The notes below the pieces were generated by a model. The model saw only the letters and a list, made by a program, of their open reading frames with translations. It was not told the origin of the DNA and ran no database searches. DNA of 64,000 nucleotides from the NCBI GenBank assembly GCA_963932905.1, contig CAWVRN010000024.1, forward strand, positions 8,113 through 72,112, written 5' to 3'. A program made the position numbers and the translations under genes. This document shows positions 8,979 to 18,982 of the stretch, piece by piece (positions within the stretch are counted from its first letter, which is position 1; each line of letters starts with the position of its first letter). This stretch comes from an uncultured Bdellovibrio sp. (GTDB lineage Bacteria; Bdellovibrionota; Bdellovibrionia; Bdellovibrionales; Bdellovibrionaceae).

Positions 8979-11767
8979 TACAACCGTTTAAAGGGCTTAT
9001 CTTTACAATTGCCATTCTGTTTTTGAGTTTAGCTGTGCATGCGCGTGAACTGAAATTTGTGAATGTGCCGAATGATATCCAGGCTGAAATCCAGGAAAAA
9101 TATAAGACAGCCATTGCAAATGGTATTAGTTACGCGCAAGTCGATGAAATTATTCGCACTATTCATTTGAAAACGAATAACGAATTGATCGAGGTTTATC
9201 AAGAGGGCGAAAATATTGTTATCAATTTGGTTAAGTCGACGCGAGTTAAGCGTGTTACGATTTCAGGCAATCATGCCCATTCTGACGGTGAGTTAAAGCA
9301 GATCATTGGTTTTAACGAAGGCGATATTCTAGACACAGATATTGTCCTAGACGGTGCGGAAAAAATTCGAAAATTCTACAACGAGACCGGGTTCTTGAAT
9401 ACTACTGTCAATGTCGAAATCCCAGATTCTGCGGATCAAAACGTCAATGTTGAAATCACTGTGATTGAAAGCAATCCCACGCGAATTAAAAATTTAGAAA
9501 TAAGAACGTCGAATTTGGATTTAAAAAATGAACTAGGACGCAAACTTAGGAAATACGAAAAAGAACATTATACAGAAGAACTGGTTCAGAAAATTAAGGA
9601 CACAGTGAAGGAATACTTTCAAGACAACAAAATTCTGCAGGGAGAAATAGTAAAGCTTGAAACCAGTTTTGCAGATAATGATACCGCAGTTAATTTGGTA
9701 TTGCATATCACGAATACCAATAAATTTACTTTTGATTTTGTTGGGTACAGTGAATTTTCACGCATAAAATTGAACCGGGTTTTGGACGTTGATAACTATA
9801 CTTCAACGAATCCTAACGTTGCCGCCGAGTTAGCATTGCGTTTGAAGAATTTTTATTTGTCTCAAGGTTATGCACGCGTTGAAGTCCAAAGTGAAATGAC
9901 GGAGACAAAAAAGTTTGAACGTAGAGTCCTATTTAAAATTAATGAAGGTCCTAAAGTTTATATAGAGAAAATTATTTTCCAGGGGAATTTTAAAAAGGAA
10001 ACGGCGTTCTATGAAGCTTTGTTTGTGCAAGTGTCAGAAGAATTGTTGTCGGATAAAGTCTATGTTCGTGAAAGCGTAGATAAAGTCGTTGCTAATTTTG
10101 AAATTGAAATGCAGAACCAAGGTTACCTGGCGTTTGACGTTCCCAGTTTTCGTACCGTGTTTAATACTAAAAAAGATAAAATCAGTCTTTATGTAAATAT
10201 CGAAGAAGGTCCGCAGACGATTGTGAATTCACTAGCGTTTGAGGGTAATACCAACGTTCCAGAAGACGTCCTGACTCATCTTATTGGATTGCGCAAAGAT
10301 ATGCCCCTTGAACTTTCAAAATTAGAACGATCAATCTTATTGATAAAAAACTATTATCAAGAACAAGGTTATTTGGAAGTCGCAATATTGAACGAGAAAG
10401 ATTCGTTAGTGACCTATAATTCTGATAATACTCAGGCTAAATTATTATACAAAATATACGAAGGTCCAAAAGTCCGTGTTGCTAGTATAGCTACTGAAGG
10501 AAATTTGTACACGAAGGACGAAATCATTTTCATCGAACTTGAGTTTCGCCGGGGCGATATTCTAACGCCGGCGAAAATTGAAGAGTCTGTTTTGCGTCTT
10601 CAAAAGACCGGATATTTTAGTACGGTGGAAATTAGAACGCTAGAACAGCGAACGACTCAGGCCGATCGCACGGTAGTAATCAAAGTGACTGAACGTGACC
10701 CAGGGGTATTTACTTTGGGCGCGGGGGCGACCAATGAACGTAACGGAACACTACGTGGGTATACCGGGATTGGCTATCGAAATATTGCGGGAACTGGTCG
10801 TGGCGTTTCGGCACGGTTAGAGGGGAACTATAATATTGCTGATATTAAATACCCGGAATTGAAAGTTATTTTTGGCTATGTAGAGCCTTATTTGTTTAAT
10901 TCTAGATTGCGTGGGCGCGTGAATGTTTCGCGATCACGTTACGTTAGTATTTCTGACAGCAGTCAGGGAGTTGAAAGCAATCAGTATGTTTATTCGTTAG
11001 AAAAAGATATTACGTCGCATGTGACCGGTATATTTGAAGTGTACAATCTAGAACAGTATCGCGATTTTTATTTACATGATAACCCAGATACCGGCGGCAC
11101 AAACGAAGACAATCAGACAATTAGCCAGCAAAATATCGCTTCTATTGGGCCAACTATCGATATCGATTTTCGGGACAACCCGTTCTTGCCAACAAAAGGT
11201 ATTTTTTCACGTTTGAATTTTGAATACGCAAGCCCGTCCCTGGGGAGTTCGTCTACGATCGAATACTATCGTTTTACGGGGTCTTTCACACACTATTGGC
11301 CATTCGTGAAGAATTGGGTGTGGGCGCACAACATACGCTATGGCTACTTAGAGAATTTAAACAAAGATCCAAATGGTGGCGTGCCGTATTCTAAAAAGGG
11401 TTTTATTTTGGGTGGTGGCTCAACAATTCGCGGTATTGCTTACGGTTCCCAAGAAGTTCTTCCGAACGATGTCGATTTAGGTGTGAAAACAAATAACTAT
11501 TTTCTAAAAACGAGTGCACAGCAGGCGTTATTTAAATCGGAAATTCGCTTCCCAATTTTCGGTAACTTCTATGGCGGAGTATTCTACGATGGCGGTTCCG
11601 TGAAAATTCGTGACCTTGTTTTCCAAGATGACTATCGTGATTCGGTTGGATTTGGACTTCGCTACAATACCGTAGTGGGAGCGCTTAATATGGAGATTGG
11701 TAAAAAGCTGGACCGTCGATTAGGCGAAAATGAATACGAGTTCCATTTGTCTTTTGGAACGTTTTAA
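8975..11767 (+). CDS. Omp85-family outer membrane protein (TamA/BamA-like) with multiple POTRA domains
   Basis: Signal peptide, repeated POTRA motifs (I.EGP...I.F.GN), GGGSTIRG loop-6 motif, terminal Phe. Confidence 0.92.
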   Translation: MIQPFKGLIFTIAILFLSLAVHARELKFVNVPNDIQAEIQEKYKTAIANGISYAQVDEIIRTIHLKTNNELIEVYQEGENIVINLVKSTRVKRVTISGNHAHSDGELKQIIGFNEGDILDTDIVLDGAEKIRKFYNETGFLNTTVNVEIPDSADQNVNVEITVIESNPTRIKNLEIRTSNLDLKNELGRKLRKYEKEHYTEELVQKIKDTVKEYFQDNKILQGEIVKLETSFADNDTAVNLVLHITNTNKFTFDFVGYSEFSRIKLNRVLDVDNYTSTNPNVAAELALRLKNFYLSQGYARVEVQSEMTETKKFERRVLFKINEGPKVYIEKIIFQGNFKKETAFYEALFVQVSEELLSDKVYVRESVDKVVANFEIEMQNQGYLAFDVPSFRTVFNTKKDKISLYVNIEEGPQTIVNSLAFEGNTNVPEDVLTHLIGLRKDMPLELSKLERSILLIKNYYQEQGYLEVAILNEKDSLVTYNSDNTQAKLLYKIYEGPKVRVASIATEGNLYTKDEIIFIELEFRRGDILTPAKIEESVLRLQKTGYFSTVEIRTLEQRTTQADRTVVIKVTERDPGVFTLGAGATNERNGTLRGYTGIGYRNIAGTGRGVSARLEGNYNIADIKYPELKVIFGYVEPYLFNSRLRGRVNVSRSRYVSISDSSQGVESNQYVYSLEKDITSHVTGIFEVYNLEQYRDFYLHDNPDTGGTNEDNQTISQQNIASIGPTIDIDFRDNPFLPTKGIFSRLNFEYASPSLGSSSTIEYYRFTGSFTHYWPFVKNWVWAHNIRYGYLENLNKDPNGGVPYSKKGFILGGGSTIRGIAYGSQEVLPNDVDLGVKTNNYFLKTSAQQALFKSEIRFPIFGNFYGGVFYDGGSVKIRDLVFQDDYRDSVGFGLRYNTVVGALNMEIGKKLDRRLGENEYEFHLSFGTF

Positions 11768-12586
11768 CTATCGGAAATCGTGAATGCGCTGTAAAATGCG
11801 ATTCAATTTATCTAACTTAGCTTGTTTGGATTGTTTGCGAATGGAAGCCCGATGGTCTTCGTCTTGTGCTTCAGTTACAATGAAACTTGGTTGAGCTCGC
11901 GTTTTCAAAACTTTTTGTCGATACAAAAGATCTTTGTCTTCGGGATAGTCTTTTAAACTGTTCTCAAGGAGTGTGCTGGCTTGCTTCAACTGATTTCTAG
12001 CAATGAAGGCATCGACTAAGGAGATAATTCTTTGCAGGGTTCTTAGATAAACCAAATCAGATTCCGGTCGGTTGGGCTCAATCACTTGGCTACGAGTGCC
12101 TTCTACGTCTGGCGCGGGTTCTGGTGTCACGGTAAGGCGTTTGAATTCAAACATATCGTCTTGGAAATCACGAGCCGACATGCTTTCGATTCGTTCCAAA
12201 ATCTTTTTCACTTTGGTATGATATGGGTTTAGAAGTAATACCATTTTAAACGATTTAATGGCGTTCGAAGTGTCACGTTTTTCTAGGTAGATTTCCCCCA
12301 GAAGCTGGTGAGCTAAAATGTTGCTACCAGACAATTTCAGGGCTTGAGTCAACGCTTTTACGGCCTCATCCCAATTTTTTTTATCTTTTAAAATTTTACC
12401 CAAGATAACCCAAGCACTTGTGTGGCTGGGGTGACGGCGAAGTCCCTCTTTGCATACTTTTTCAGCTAGGTCGATCTCACCATTTTCGCGATAGGCTTCG
12501 GCCAGCGGGGCAAAGACCTGCGAATCGGGTGTCTTTTTTAATACACCTCGGTACTTCTCGATTATGTCTTTTGGGTAGTTCGCCAT
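11768..12586 (-). CDS. TPR-containing protein
   Basis: Tandem TPR helices (FAPLAEAYRENG, AWVILGKIL, AHQLLGEIY). Confidence 0.85.
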   Translation of the reverse strand: MANYPKDIIEKYRGVLKKTPDSQVFAPLAEAYRENGEIDLAEKVCKEGLRRHPSHTSAWVILGKILKDKKNWDEAVKALTQALKLSGSNILAHQLLGEIYLEKRDTSNAIKSFKMVLLLNPYHTKVKKILERIESMSARDFQDDMFEFKRLTVTPEPAPDVEGTRSQVIEPNRPESDLVYLRTLQRIISLVDAFIARNQLKQASTLLENSLKDYPEDKDLLYRQKVLKTRAQPSFIVTEAQDEDHRASIRKQSKQAKLDKLNRILQRIHDFR

Positions 12587-12660
12587 ATTTTTATACTACA
12601 CTCAGTCAAAAATGTTTCAAGGATTTTGCCAAAAAAGCTCAGAGATGATTGAATCCAAGA

Positions 12661-13179
12661 ATGTCTATCATTCTTGGGATTGATCCCGGTTCGCAAATCA
12701 CAGGTTTTGGAGTTATCGATGCCTCTATGCAAAAAGGTGTCGACAAGCCGCGTGTCCTTTCCCATGGCATAATACAATTAAAAACCGGTTCGCTGACGTT
12801 TAACGATCGCTTATTATTACTTTCAGAGAATTTGGATCGCATTTTAAAAAAATACCAACCAAATATCGTTGTCGTGGAAAAGCTATTTTTAGGTAAGAAC
12901 CCGGACTCGGCCTTTAAATTGGGCCATGCGCGGGGGATATGTATTGCCAAAGCCATGGAAAGTCGCAGTGCTATTTTCGAATACACCCCGCGAGAAGTAA
13001 AAAAAACGATTACAGGATCGGGGAGTTCAGATAAGATCCAGGTGGCCGAAGTTTTGAAGTTTATACTGGGAATTAATCACTTTGATTTCCTTGATGCTTC
13101 AGATGCGTTAGCTCTTGCCTATCACCACCATTGCGTTCACAAAGCTAATATGGTGATTAGCCAAGCCAAACAGAATTAG
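12661..13179 (+). CDS. ruvC: Holliday junction resolvase RuvC
   Basis: ILGIDPGS, VEKLF, KLGHARG and DASDALA motifs; start moved to ATG 12661. Confidence 0.97.
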   Translation: MSIILGIDPGSQITGFGVIDASMQKGVDKPRVLSHGIIQLKTGSLTFNDRLLLLSENLDRILKKYQPNIVVVEKLFLGKNPDSAFKLGHARGICIAKAMESRSAIFEYTPREVKKTITGSGSSDKIQVAEVLKFILGINHFDFLDASDALALAYHHHCVHKANMVISQAKQN

Positions 13180-13193
13180 TGTAGGGGATATAC

Positions 13194-13769
13194 ATGATTG
13201 GTTTTCTAAGAGGGGACGTTGTAGAACTGCAGCCAGAGTATTTTATTTTGGACGTGCAAGGTGTCGGTTACGAAATTTATGCTTCTTTGCAAACCATCGC
13301 GCAAATTTCTGAGAACATGAATAAAACTATTTCGATGTGGATCTACACCCATGTTCGTGAAGACGCGCTGACTTTATTTGGTTTTCAATATCGTGAAGAA
13401 AAAAATCTTTTCCTATCGTTGTTAAAAGTAAATGGCGTCGGTCCAAAAATGGCCATTGGTATCCTGTCTGGCGCACCTTATGACAAATTAGTTGAGATGA
13501 TTGAAAATTCTGATGCTAAAGCCCTATCAAGCTTGCCACGTGTTGGAAAGAAAACAGCAGAGCAAATTATTTTAAGCCTTAAAGGTAAACTGGTCCGTGT
13601 TCCCGAAAAAACTGTGGAAGTGTCTCATCAACGTCAGCAAGTTTCATCTGCGTTGATCAATTTGGGTTTCAAACCGCAATTGGTGGATGAATACGTTAAC
13701 CAGCTTTCAAAAGAATTATCGGTGGAAGAATCTATTCGTGGCGGATTGGCCAAATTAACTCAAGTTTAG
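13194..13769 (+). CDS. ruvA: Holliday junction branch migration protein RuvA
   Basis: GVGYEI, VREDA, VNGVGPK and VGKKTAE HhH motifs. Confidence 0.97.
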   Translation: MIGFLRGDVVELQPEYFILDVQGVGYEIYASLQTIAQISENMNKTISMWIYTHVREDALTLFGFQYREEKNLFLSLLKVNGVGPKMAIGILSGAPYDKLVEMIENSDAKALSSLPRVGKKTAEQIILSLKGKLVRVPEKTVEVSHQRQQVSSALINLGFKPQLVDEYVNQLSKELSVEESIRGGLAKLTQV

Positions 13770-13775
13770 GAAGTT

Positions 13776-14762
13776 ATGGAAAGAATATTAGAGTCCGTGT
13801 CATACGAAGAAGAAAAAAAATGGGAAAACGAACTGCGTCCGCAGCAGTTTTCCGATTTTCCTGGCCAGCACGATATCAAAGATAAATTGAACGTGTATAT
13901 TCAAGCGGCTAAAAAGCGAAAAGAGCCATTAGATCACGTGTTATTGTTTGGACCTCCCGGATTAGGGAAAACGACGCTGGCTAGGATCATCGCCAATGAA
14001 TTTGGCGTGGATTTCAAGATGGCCTCGGCTCCCTCCATTGAAAAGAAGGGGGATTTGGCAGGGTTATTAACATCGTTAAAACCATACTCGGTTCTTTTTA
14101 TCGATGAAATTCACCGTTTAAATCGCACATTAGAAGAATATCTGTATTCCGCTATGGAAGACTATTACATCGACATCGTTACCGGCGATGGCATCGGGGC
14201 GCGCTCAATGAAATTTCAATTGAGTCCGTTCACATTAGTCGGAGCGACCACTCGTGCCGGCGCATTGAATTCGCCATTTAGAGATCGATTTGGAATTGTG
14301 GAACGTCTGCAGTTTTATGATCGGGCCTCTTTGCAAAAAATTCTGGTCCGTAATGCGGGATTATTGAAAATGAAACTTAACGACGATGGAGCTGAAGAAA
14401 TCGCTCGTCGGAGTCGCGGAACACCTCGTATCGCGAACCGTTTGCTTAAACGGGTGCGGGACTTCGCCGATGTCCAAGGTGACGGTGTGGTCAATCAATC
14501 CCTAGCTGAAAACGCGCTAAACCGGTTGGGTGTAGATAAGTTAGGGTTAGATCTTATGGATCGAAAACTTTTGACTTTAATATATGAAAAATATAACAGC
14601 GGTCCGGTGGGCATTGAGACCCTGTCAGCCGCTCTCAGTGAGGATAAGGACACGCTAGAGGATGTTTTTGAGCCGTTCTTGATTCAAGAAGGTTTCGTTC
14701 AAAAAACGCCACGTGGACGTATCCTAACTGACTTCGCTAAGAAAACACTTTTTAACGGTTAA
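13776..14762 (+). CDS. ruvB: Holliday junction branch migration ATPase RuvB
   Basis: GPPGLGKTT, FIDEIHRL, GATTR, RGTPRIANRLL. Confidence 0.98.
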   Translation: MERILESVSYEEEKKWENELRPQQFSDFPGQHDIKDKLNVYIQAAKKRKEPLDHVLLFGPPGLGKTTLARIIANEFGVDFKMASAPSIEKKGDLAGLLTSLKPYSVLFIDEIHRLNRTLEEYLYSAMEDYYIDIVTGDGIGARSMKFQLSPFTLVGATTRAGALNSPFRDRFGIVERLQFYDRASLQKILVRNAGLLKMKLNDDGAEEIARRSRGTPRIANRLLKRVRDFADVQGDGVVNQSLAENALNRLGVDKLGLDLMDRKLLTLIYEKYNSGPVGIETLSAALSEDKDTLEDVFEPFLIQEGFVQKTPRGRILTDFAKKTLFNG

Positions 14763-14778
14763 GACTAACGGGTAGATC

Positions 14779-15681
14779 ATGTTTTTACAAAAAACGATTC
14801 GAACAAAAGCAATAGTAGAAGGGGTTGGTATTCATTCAGGGGATCGTTGTTCTTTGACGTTCAAACCAGCTCCAATTGATACTGGGGTTCATTTTGTTCG
14901 CGCCGATCTTCCAGGAAAACCATCGTTAAAAGTCAGCAGCGAAAACGTCCAAGCGACATCCTACCAAACATCCATAGGCAATTCACATTTTACGGTCGCT
15001 ACGGTAGAGCACTGTTTGTCGGCTTTGTCGGCTCTAAGAATTGATAATTTAATCATCGAATTAGACGGACCTGAAATTCCCATCTGTGACGGAAGTTCAA
15101 TTGAGTTTTACAACGCCATCCAAAAAGCGGGCGTGATCGAACAAGATCAACCGCGAGAATACTGCTACATCAAAGAGCCGATCTTTTTATCCGACGGTGA
15201 CAAACAGGCCTACGTGTTGCCGTATCACGGTCTGCGTTTAAGCGTAACGATCGATTTTCCCCATCCTGCGATCGGCATGCAAAAGATCGATATCGATGTG
15301 AATGAATCATCATTTGCGCGTGAATTAGCACCGGCGCGTACATTTGGGTTCTTGAAGGATGTTCAATTGCTGCAATCAAAAGGTTTAGCCAAGGGCGGTA
15401 GCATGGATAATGCGATCGTTTTGGATGACGAGAAGATTTTAAATCCAGGTGGTTTGCGTTTCCCTGATGAGTTCGTTCGCCATAAATGCTTAGATGCTTT
15501 GGGTGATTTAGTGAACCTTGAAATGCCATTAATGGGGCATGTGGTCCTGCATAAAGCCGGTCATGATTTAATGAACAAGTTGGTTCAACTGATAAAGAAT
15601 TCTAAAGATAAATATCGTTATGTTGAGTTAGGCGCGGATATATCAGAAGAAGTGAAGAAGTTCTCGTCCTGGGCGTTATAG
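14779..15681 (+). CDS. lpxC: UDP-3-O-acyl-GlcNAc deacetylase
   Basis: GVGIHSG, TVEHCLSAL, ARTFGF, RHKCLDALGD. Confidence 0.97.
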   Translation: MFLQKTIRTKAIVEGVGIHSGDRCSLTFKPAPIDTGVHFVRADLPGKPSLKVSSENVQATSYQTSIGNSHFTVATVEHCLSALSALRIDNLIIELDGPEIPICDGSSIEFYNAIQKAGVIEQDQPREYCYIKEPIFLSDGDKQAYVLPYHGLRLSVTIDFPHPAIGMQKIDIDVNESSFARELAPARTFGFLKDVQLLQSKGLAKGGSMDNAIVLDDEKILNPGGLRFPDEFVRHKCLDALGDLVNLEMPLMGHVVLHKAGHDLMNKLVQLIKNSKDKYRYVELGADISEEVKKFSSWAL

Positions 15682-15791
15682 GCCCTGTAATTTATGCAGG
15701 TCGCTAAGTACAGACTGTTGATTTAGAGTTAGATATCTACGATGATATGACTTCCAAAAAATAATTAAATTAATGTAATAGGAGCACGCAC

Positions 15792-15941
15792 ATGAACAAA
15801 AAAAGAAAACAGGAAATCGCAGACTTAGTAAAATCTGGTAAATCAGGAAAAGAAGCTTACGAGGCTACGAAAAAGAATTCAAAACCAGCAGCTAAAACAA
15901 CTAAAAAGAAAACGGCTAAAAAAGCCACTAAGAAAAAATAG
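15792..15941 (+). CDS. 49-aa Lys/Ala-rich small basic protein with histone H1-like tail
   Basis: AGGAG RBS, then MNKKRKQEIADLVKSGKSGKEAYEATKKNSKPAAKTTKKKTAKKATKKK*; stops 9 nt before ald. Below the ORF-track length cutoff. Confidence 0.75.
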   Translation: MNKKRKQEIADLVKSGKSGKEAYEATKKNSKPAAKTTKKKTAKKATKKK

Positions 15942-15950
15942 GGGTCACAT

Positions 15951-17057
15951 ATGATCGTTGGGGTACCTAAGGAGATTAAAATTAGCGAAAACCGCGTTGG
16001 TATTACTGAAGCGGGCGTTAAGCAATTTGTAAAAGAGGGTCACACAGTCATCATTGAAAAAGATGCGGGCGTTGGATCTTTGATCACAAATGAACAATAC
16101 GAAAAAGCCGGTGCTAAAATCATCGACACTAAAGCTGAAGTGTACAAAAAAGCAGACATGATCATGAAGGTGAAAGAACCACTTCCTGATGAATATGAAT
16201 TAATGCGTGAGAATCAAATTCTTTACACGTACCTTCATTTGGCCGCTGAACCTAAATTAACTAAAGTTCTTGCTGAAAGAAAAGTAAAAGCCGTTGCCTA
16301 TGAAACTATCGAATTAGCGGATCGTTCACTTCCGTTATTAAAGCCAATGTCAGAAGTAGCTGGTCGTATGGCAACTCAAATCGGTGCTTACTATTTACAG
16401 CGTGATCACGGTGGTAAAGGTATCCTTATGGGTGGCGTAACTGGCGTTAAACCAGGTAAAGTGACAATCATCGGTGGTGGTGTTGTCGGAACTAACGCCG
16501 CTAAAATGGCGATGGGTCTTGGCGCTAACGTAACTATTCTTGATGTGGATACAGCTCGTTTAGAATATTTAGATGATATTTTCCAAGGTCGCGCGCAAAC
16601 ATTATTCTCGAATGTTAAAAACATCGAAGAATCTGTTCGTGAGTGTGATTTGCTAATCGGCGGTGTTTTGATCACGGGTCAAAAAGCTCCTATGCTTGTA
16701 AGCAAAGAATTAGTATCGCAAATGTCTAAAGGTTCAGTCGTTGTTGACGTTGCGGTTGACCAAGGTGGCTGTATCGAAACATGCCGTCCGACGTCTCATC
16801 AGAACCCAACATTTGAAATCGACGGCGTGATTCATTACTGCGTTCCAAATATGCCAGGTGTTGTACCAAGAACATCGACCTATGCGTTAACGAACGTGAC
16901 TTTGAAATACGGTTCGATGTTAGCTGCTATGGGCGTAGAAGACGCTGTAGCTAAAGACAAAGCGTTATTAAAAGGTCTGAACGTATACAACGGTTATGTA
17001 TGTTACGAACCGGTAGCTCGTGACTTACACATGGAGTACCGTCCATATAAAGTTTAA
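15951..17057 (+). CDS. ald: Alanine dehydrogenase
   Basis: [42 protein letters not shown]. Confidence 0.97.
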   Translation: MIVGVPKEIKISENRVGITEAGVKQFVKEGHTVIIEKDAGVGSLITNEQYEKAGAKIIDTKAEVYKKADMIMKVKEPLPDEYELMRENQILYTYLHLAAEPKLTKVLAERKVKAVAYETIELADRSLPLLKPMSEVAGRMATQIGAYYLQRDHGGKGILMGGVTGVKPGKVTIIGGGVVGTNAAKMAMGLGANVTILDVDTARLEYLDDIFQGRAQTLFSNVKNIEESVRECDLLIGGVLITGQKAPMLVSKELVSQMSKGSVVVDVAVDQGGCIETCRPTSHQNPTFEIDGVIHYCVPNMPGVVPRTSTYALTNVTLKYGSMLAAMGVEDAVAKDKALLKGLNVYNGYVCYEPVARDLHMEYRPYKV

Positions 17058-17064
17058 TCGTAGG

Positions 17065-17283
17065 CTAGCGTTTTATTCCTTTGGGATAGCGATAGATTTT
17101 ACGTTTTCCATATATCTTAACGAAAGGCGCTCTATGAATAGTAGAGCGCCTTTTCTTTTTGGGTTGGTGTGTTTTTTCCGATTTGGATTTATCTGATAGT
17201 TGCGTCCTTTTTTGCGGGCCGTGTTCGTTTGAAAGGGTTTGTGTCGAAAATATAAAAATGTAGAAAAGAATCCATCTACTCAT
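17065..17283 (-). pseudogene. Possible remnant of a gene translationally coupled to comEC (MSRWILFYIFIFST...)
   Basis: ATG overlaps the comEC end and a hydrophobic N-terminus follows; the rest reads through the ald terminator and looks non-coding. Confidence 0.3.
17122..17160 (+). terminator. Intrinsic terminator after ald
   Basis: AAAGGCGCTCTA-tgaatag-TAGAGCGCCTTT followed by a T-tract. Confidence 0.8.
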
Positions 17284-18223
17284 GTGTGGAGCCTTGTCGG
17301 AAGCGTAGGATGAAAAAATGAAATAGGTAAAGCAGTGCAAACAAGTAAATCCAGAAGTAGAATATAGGTAGCGAGAATTCATTTCTGTTGGGAATGATGG
17401 TGGTTCCTTGATTTAAGAAGTTAAACAGGTGTTGATTTAAAACTTCAGTTGCGTGGAACAAGCTCGGAGTATTCAGAATCCGGCCAATGAGCATGAAACC
17501 GGCTGATAGCAGCAGGGTTAGGCAAAATGGATACAATAAGATCATTCCGATGATTAGGTTCAATGGATGCGGATAACCTTTCGAAAAATTAAATGGAATT
17601 AAAAAAAGATAGAGGGTGACCATCGGTAACAGAATCTTCAGTGCCCGTGTTCGCTGTGAAATAAGCTCTTGCGAGAATCCTAACGCCAGCGAAACAGAGA
17701 AACTCAACCAGAAGCTGAGTGATGTCCACAAGGGTGCCGAGATCGCTAAACATAGCAGGCCAGAATAGAAACATAAGGAAGGCCCGCTGAATCGAAGATG
17801 GTGTTTCTTGGTTACAATATCTAGTCCCTGCTGCATCAGGCATCGCAAGCCGGGTGCTTGCAAACCTGTCATGAGGTAATAGGTTCCCAGTAAGAAAAAT
17901 CGAAGCCACCGTGGCCATTTTAGCCATTTTAATGCCGATTCTAGAAATACAAAGTGTCCTCCGGAAACTACGATGGCGTGATAGAGCCCACTTTTTTGTA
18001 ATGCATTTTTTTGCTGTGCTTGGGTGACCTTTTGGCCACAAATAAAGGAACGGCTTAAGTCATTGGGTGGACGATCTTTAGGATGAGTTGGCGTAAACCA
18101 GTTTAAGCATTCCTCATGCAGGATCGCCGAAAGCGGCTTTAACGGCTCGATCACGTCGAATTTAGCTTGAATGCTTAAAAAAAGAACAATTGGCAAAAGC
18201 AAGATCATCTTTGGTCGTGACAT
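17276..18223 (-). CDS. comEC: ComEC/Rec2 competence protein, membrane domain only
   Basis: SGLYHAIVVSGGH motif, R in APGLRC, SFWLSFS, multiple TM helices; no OB or beta-lactamase domain. Confidence 0.85.
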   Translation of the reverse strand: MSRPKMILLLPIVLFLSIQAKFDVIEPLKPLSAILHEECLNWFTPTHPKDRPPNDLSRSFICGQKVTQAQQKNALQKSGLYHAIVVSGGHFVFLESALKWLKWPRWLRFFLLGTYYLMTGLQAPGLRCLMQQGLDIVTKKHHLRFSGPSLCFYSGLLCLAISAPLWTSLSFWLSFSVSLALGFSQELISQRTRALKILLPMVTLYLFLIPFNFSKGYPHPLNLIIGMILLYPFCLTLLLSAGFMLIGRILNTPSLFHATEVLNQHLFNFLNQGTTIIPNRNEFSLPIFYFWIYLFALLYLFHFFILRFRQGSTHE

Positions 18224-18420
18224 CTAAATTAAGGCCATTGTGTTTGTTGCCAGATTTTCAGGAAAAATACTAAAAACCTGTTAGGCATAAAACTTCGGAT
18301 TTCCTGTTTTTTGAGCAAATAAAAACTCTAAAATGTGTATGACTATAATTGCAGCAAATAGCTCAAATCCTTGAAAATACTATGGTCCAAGGTCCAGAAC
18401 AATGAGTTGATAACATTTTT

Positions 18421-18429
18421 TGTGGATAA
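18421..18429 (-). promoter_or_regulatory. Consensus DnaA box
   Basis: TGTGGATAA on + equals TTATCCACA on -, in the divergent intergenic region between comEC and the TPR-LysM-dprA unit. Confidence 0.4.
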
Positions 18430-18481
18430 CTTTTCTTGATGTCATTTTTGTTTACGTGTCATAATTTGGCGAGAGGTCTAA

Positions 18482-18982
18482 ATGATAAGAAAAGCGTGTT
18501 TAGTTTTGGGTGTATTCGGGGCATTGAGTTCAATGGCTGTCGTAAATAAGACACGCACCGGAAACTACGATGACTTGGTAAAAGAACTTGAAGGCATCAA
18601 AGATTCAAAAACAGATTTAGAATATTATTCTGAAATTATTGCTGACTATCAATCCGGTAAATATCGGACTTTAGCGATCCGTCTGAAAGGTTTTGCAAAG
18701 CGATTTCCTAAAAGTCCTTTCTTAGATAATGCTTATTATTTAGCCGGAAAACTGGCTTTGGAAGAAAAGAATTACAAAGACTCAGTTTCTTATTTCCAAA
18801 GGGTGATTTCAGAATATCCCCTTAGTAATAAAGTGGTTGCTGCTAAGTTTGGCAAGGCCATGGCCTACCGAAGTATGAATTTAAATAACCAGTCCCTAGC
18901 GGTATTCAGCGAGATCCGTCGCAAACATCCTCAATCTCCAGAGTTTTTCCGCGCAGAAACTGAGATGAAATTAGTAAAATGA
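18482..18982 (+). CDS. Exported TPR protein, CpoB/YbgF-like
   Basis: Signal peptide; FPKSPFLDNAYYLAG and YPLSNKVVAAKF resemble YbgF TPRs. Confidence 0.75.
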   Translation: MIRKACLVLGVFGALSSMAVVNKTRTGNYDDLVKELEGIKDSKTDLEYYSEIIADYQSGKYRTLAIRLKGFAKRFPKSPFLDNAYYLAGKLALEEKNYKDSVSYFQRVISEYPLSNKVVAAKFGKAMAYRSMNLNNQSLAVFSEIRRKHPQSPEFFRAETEMKLVK

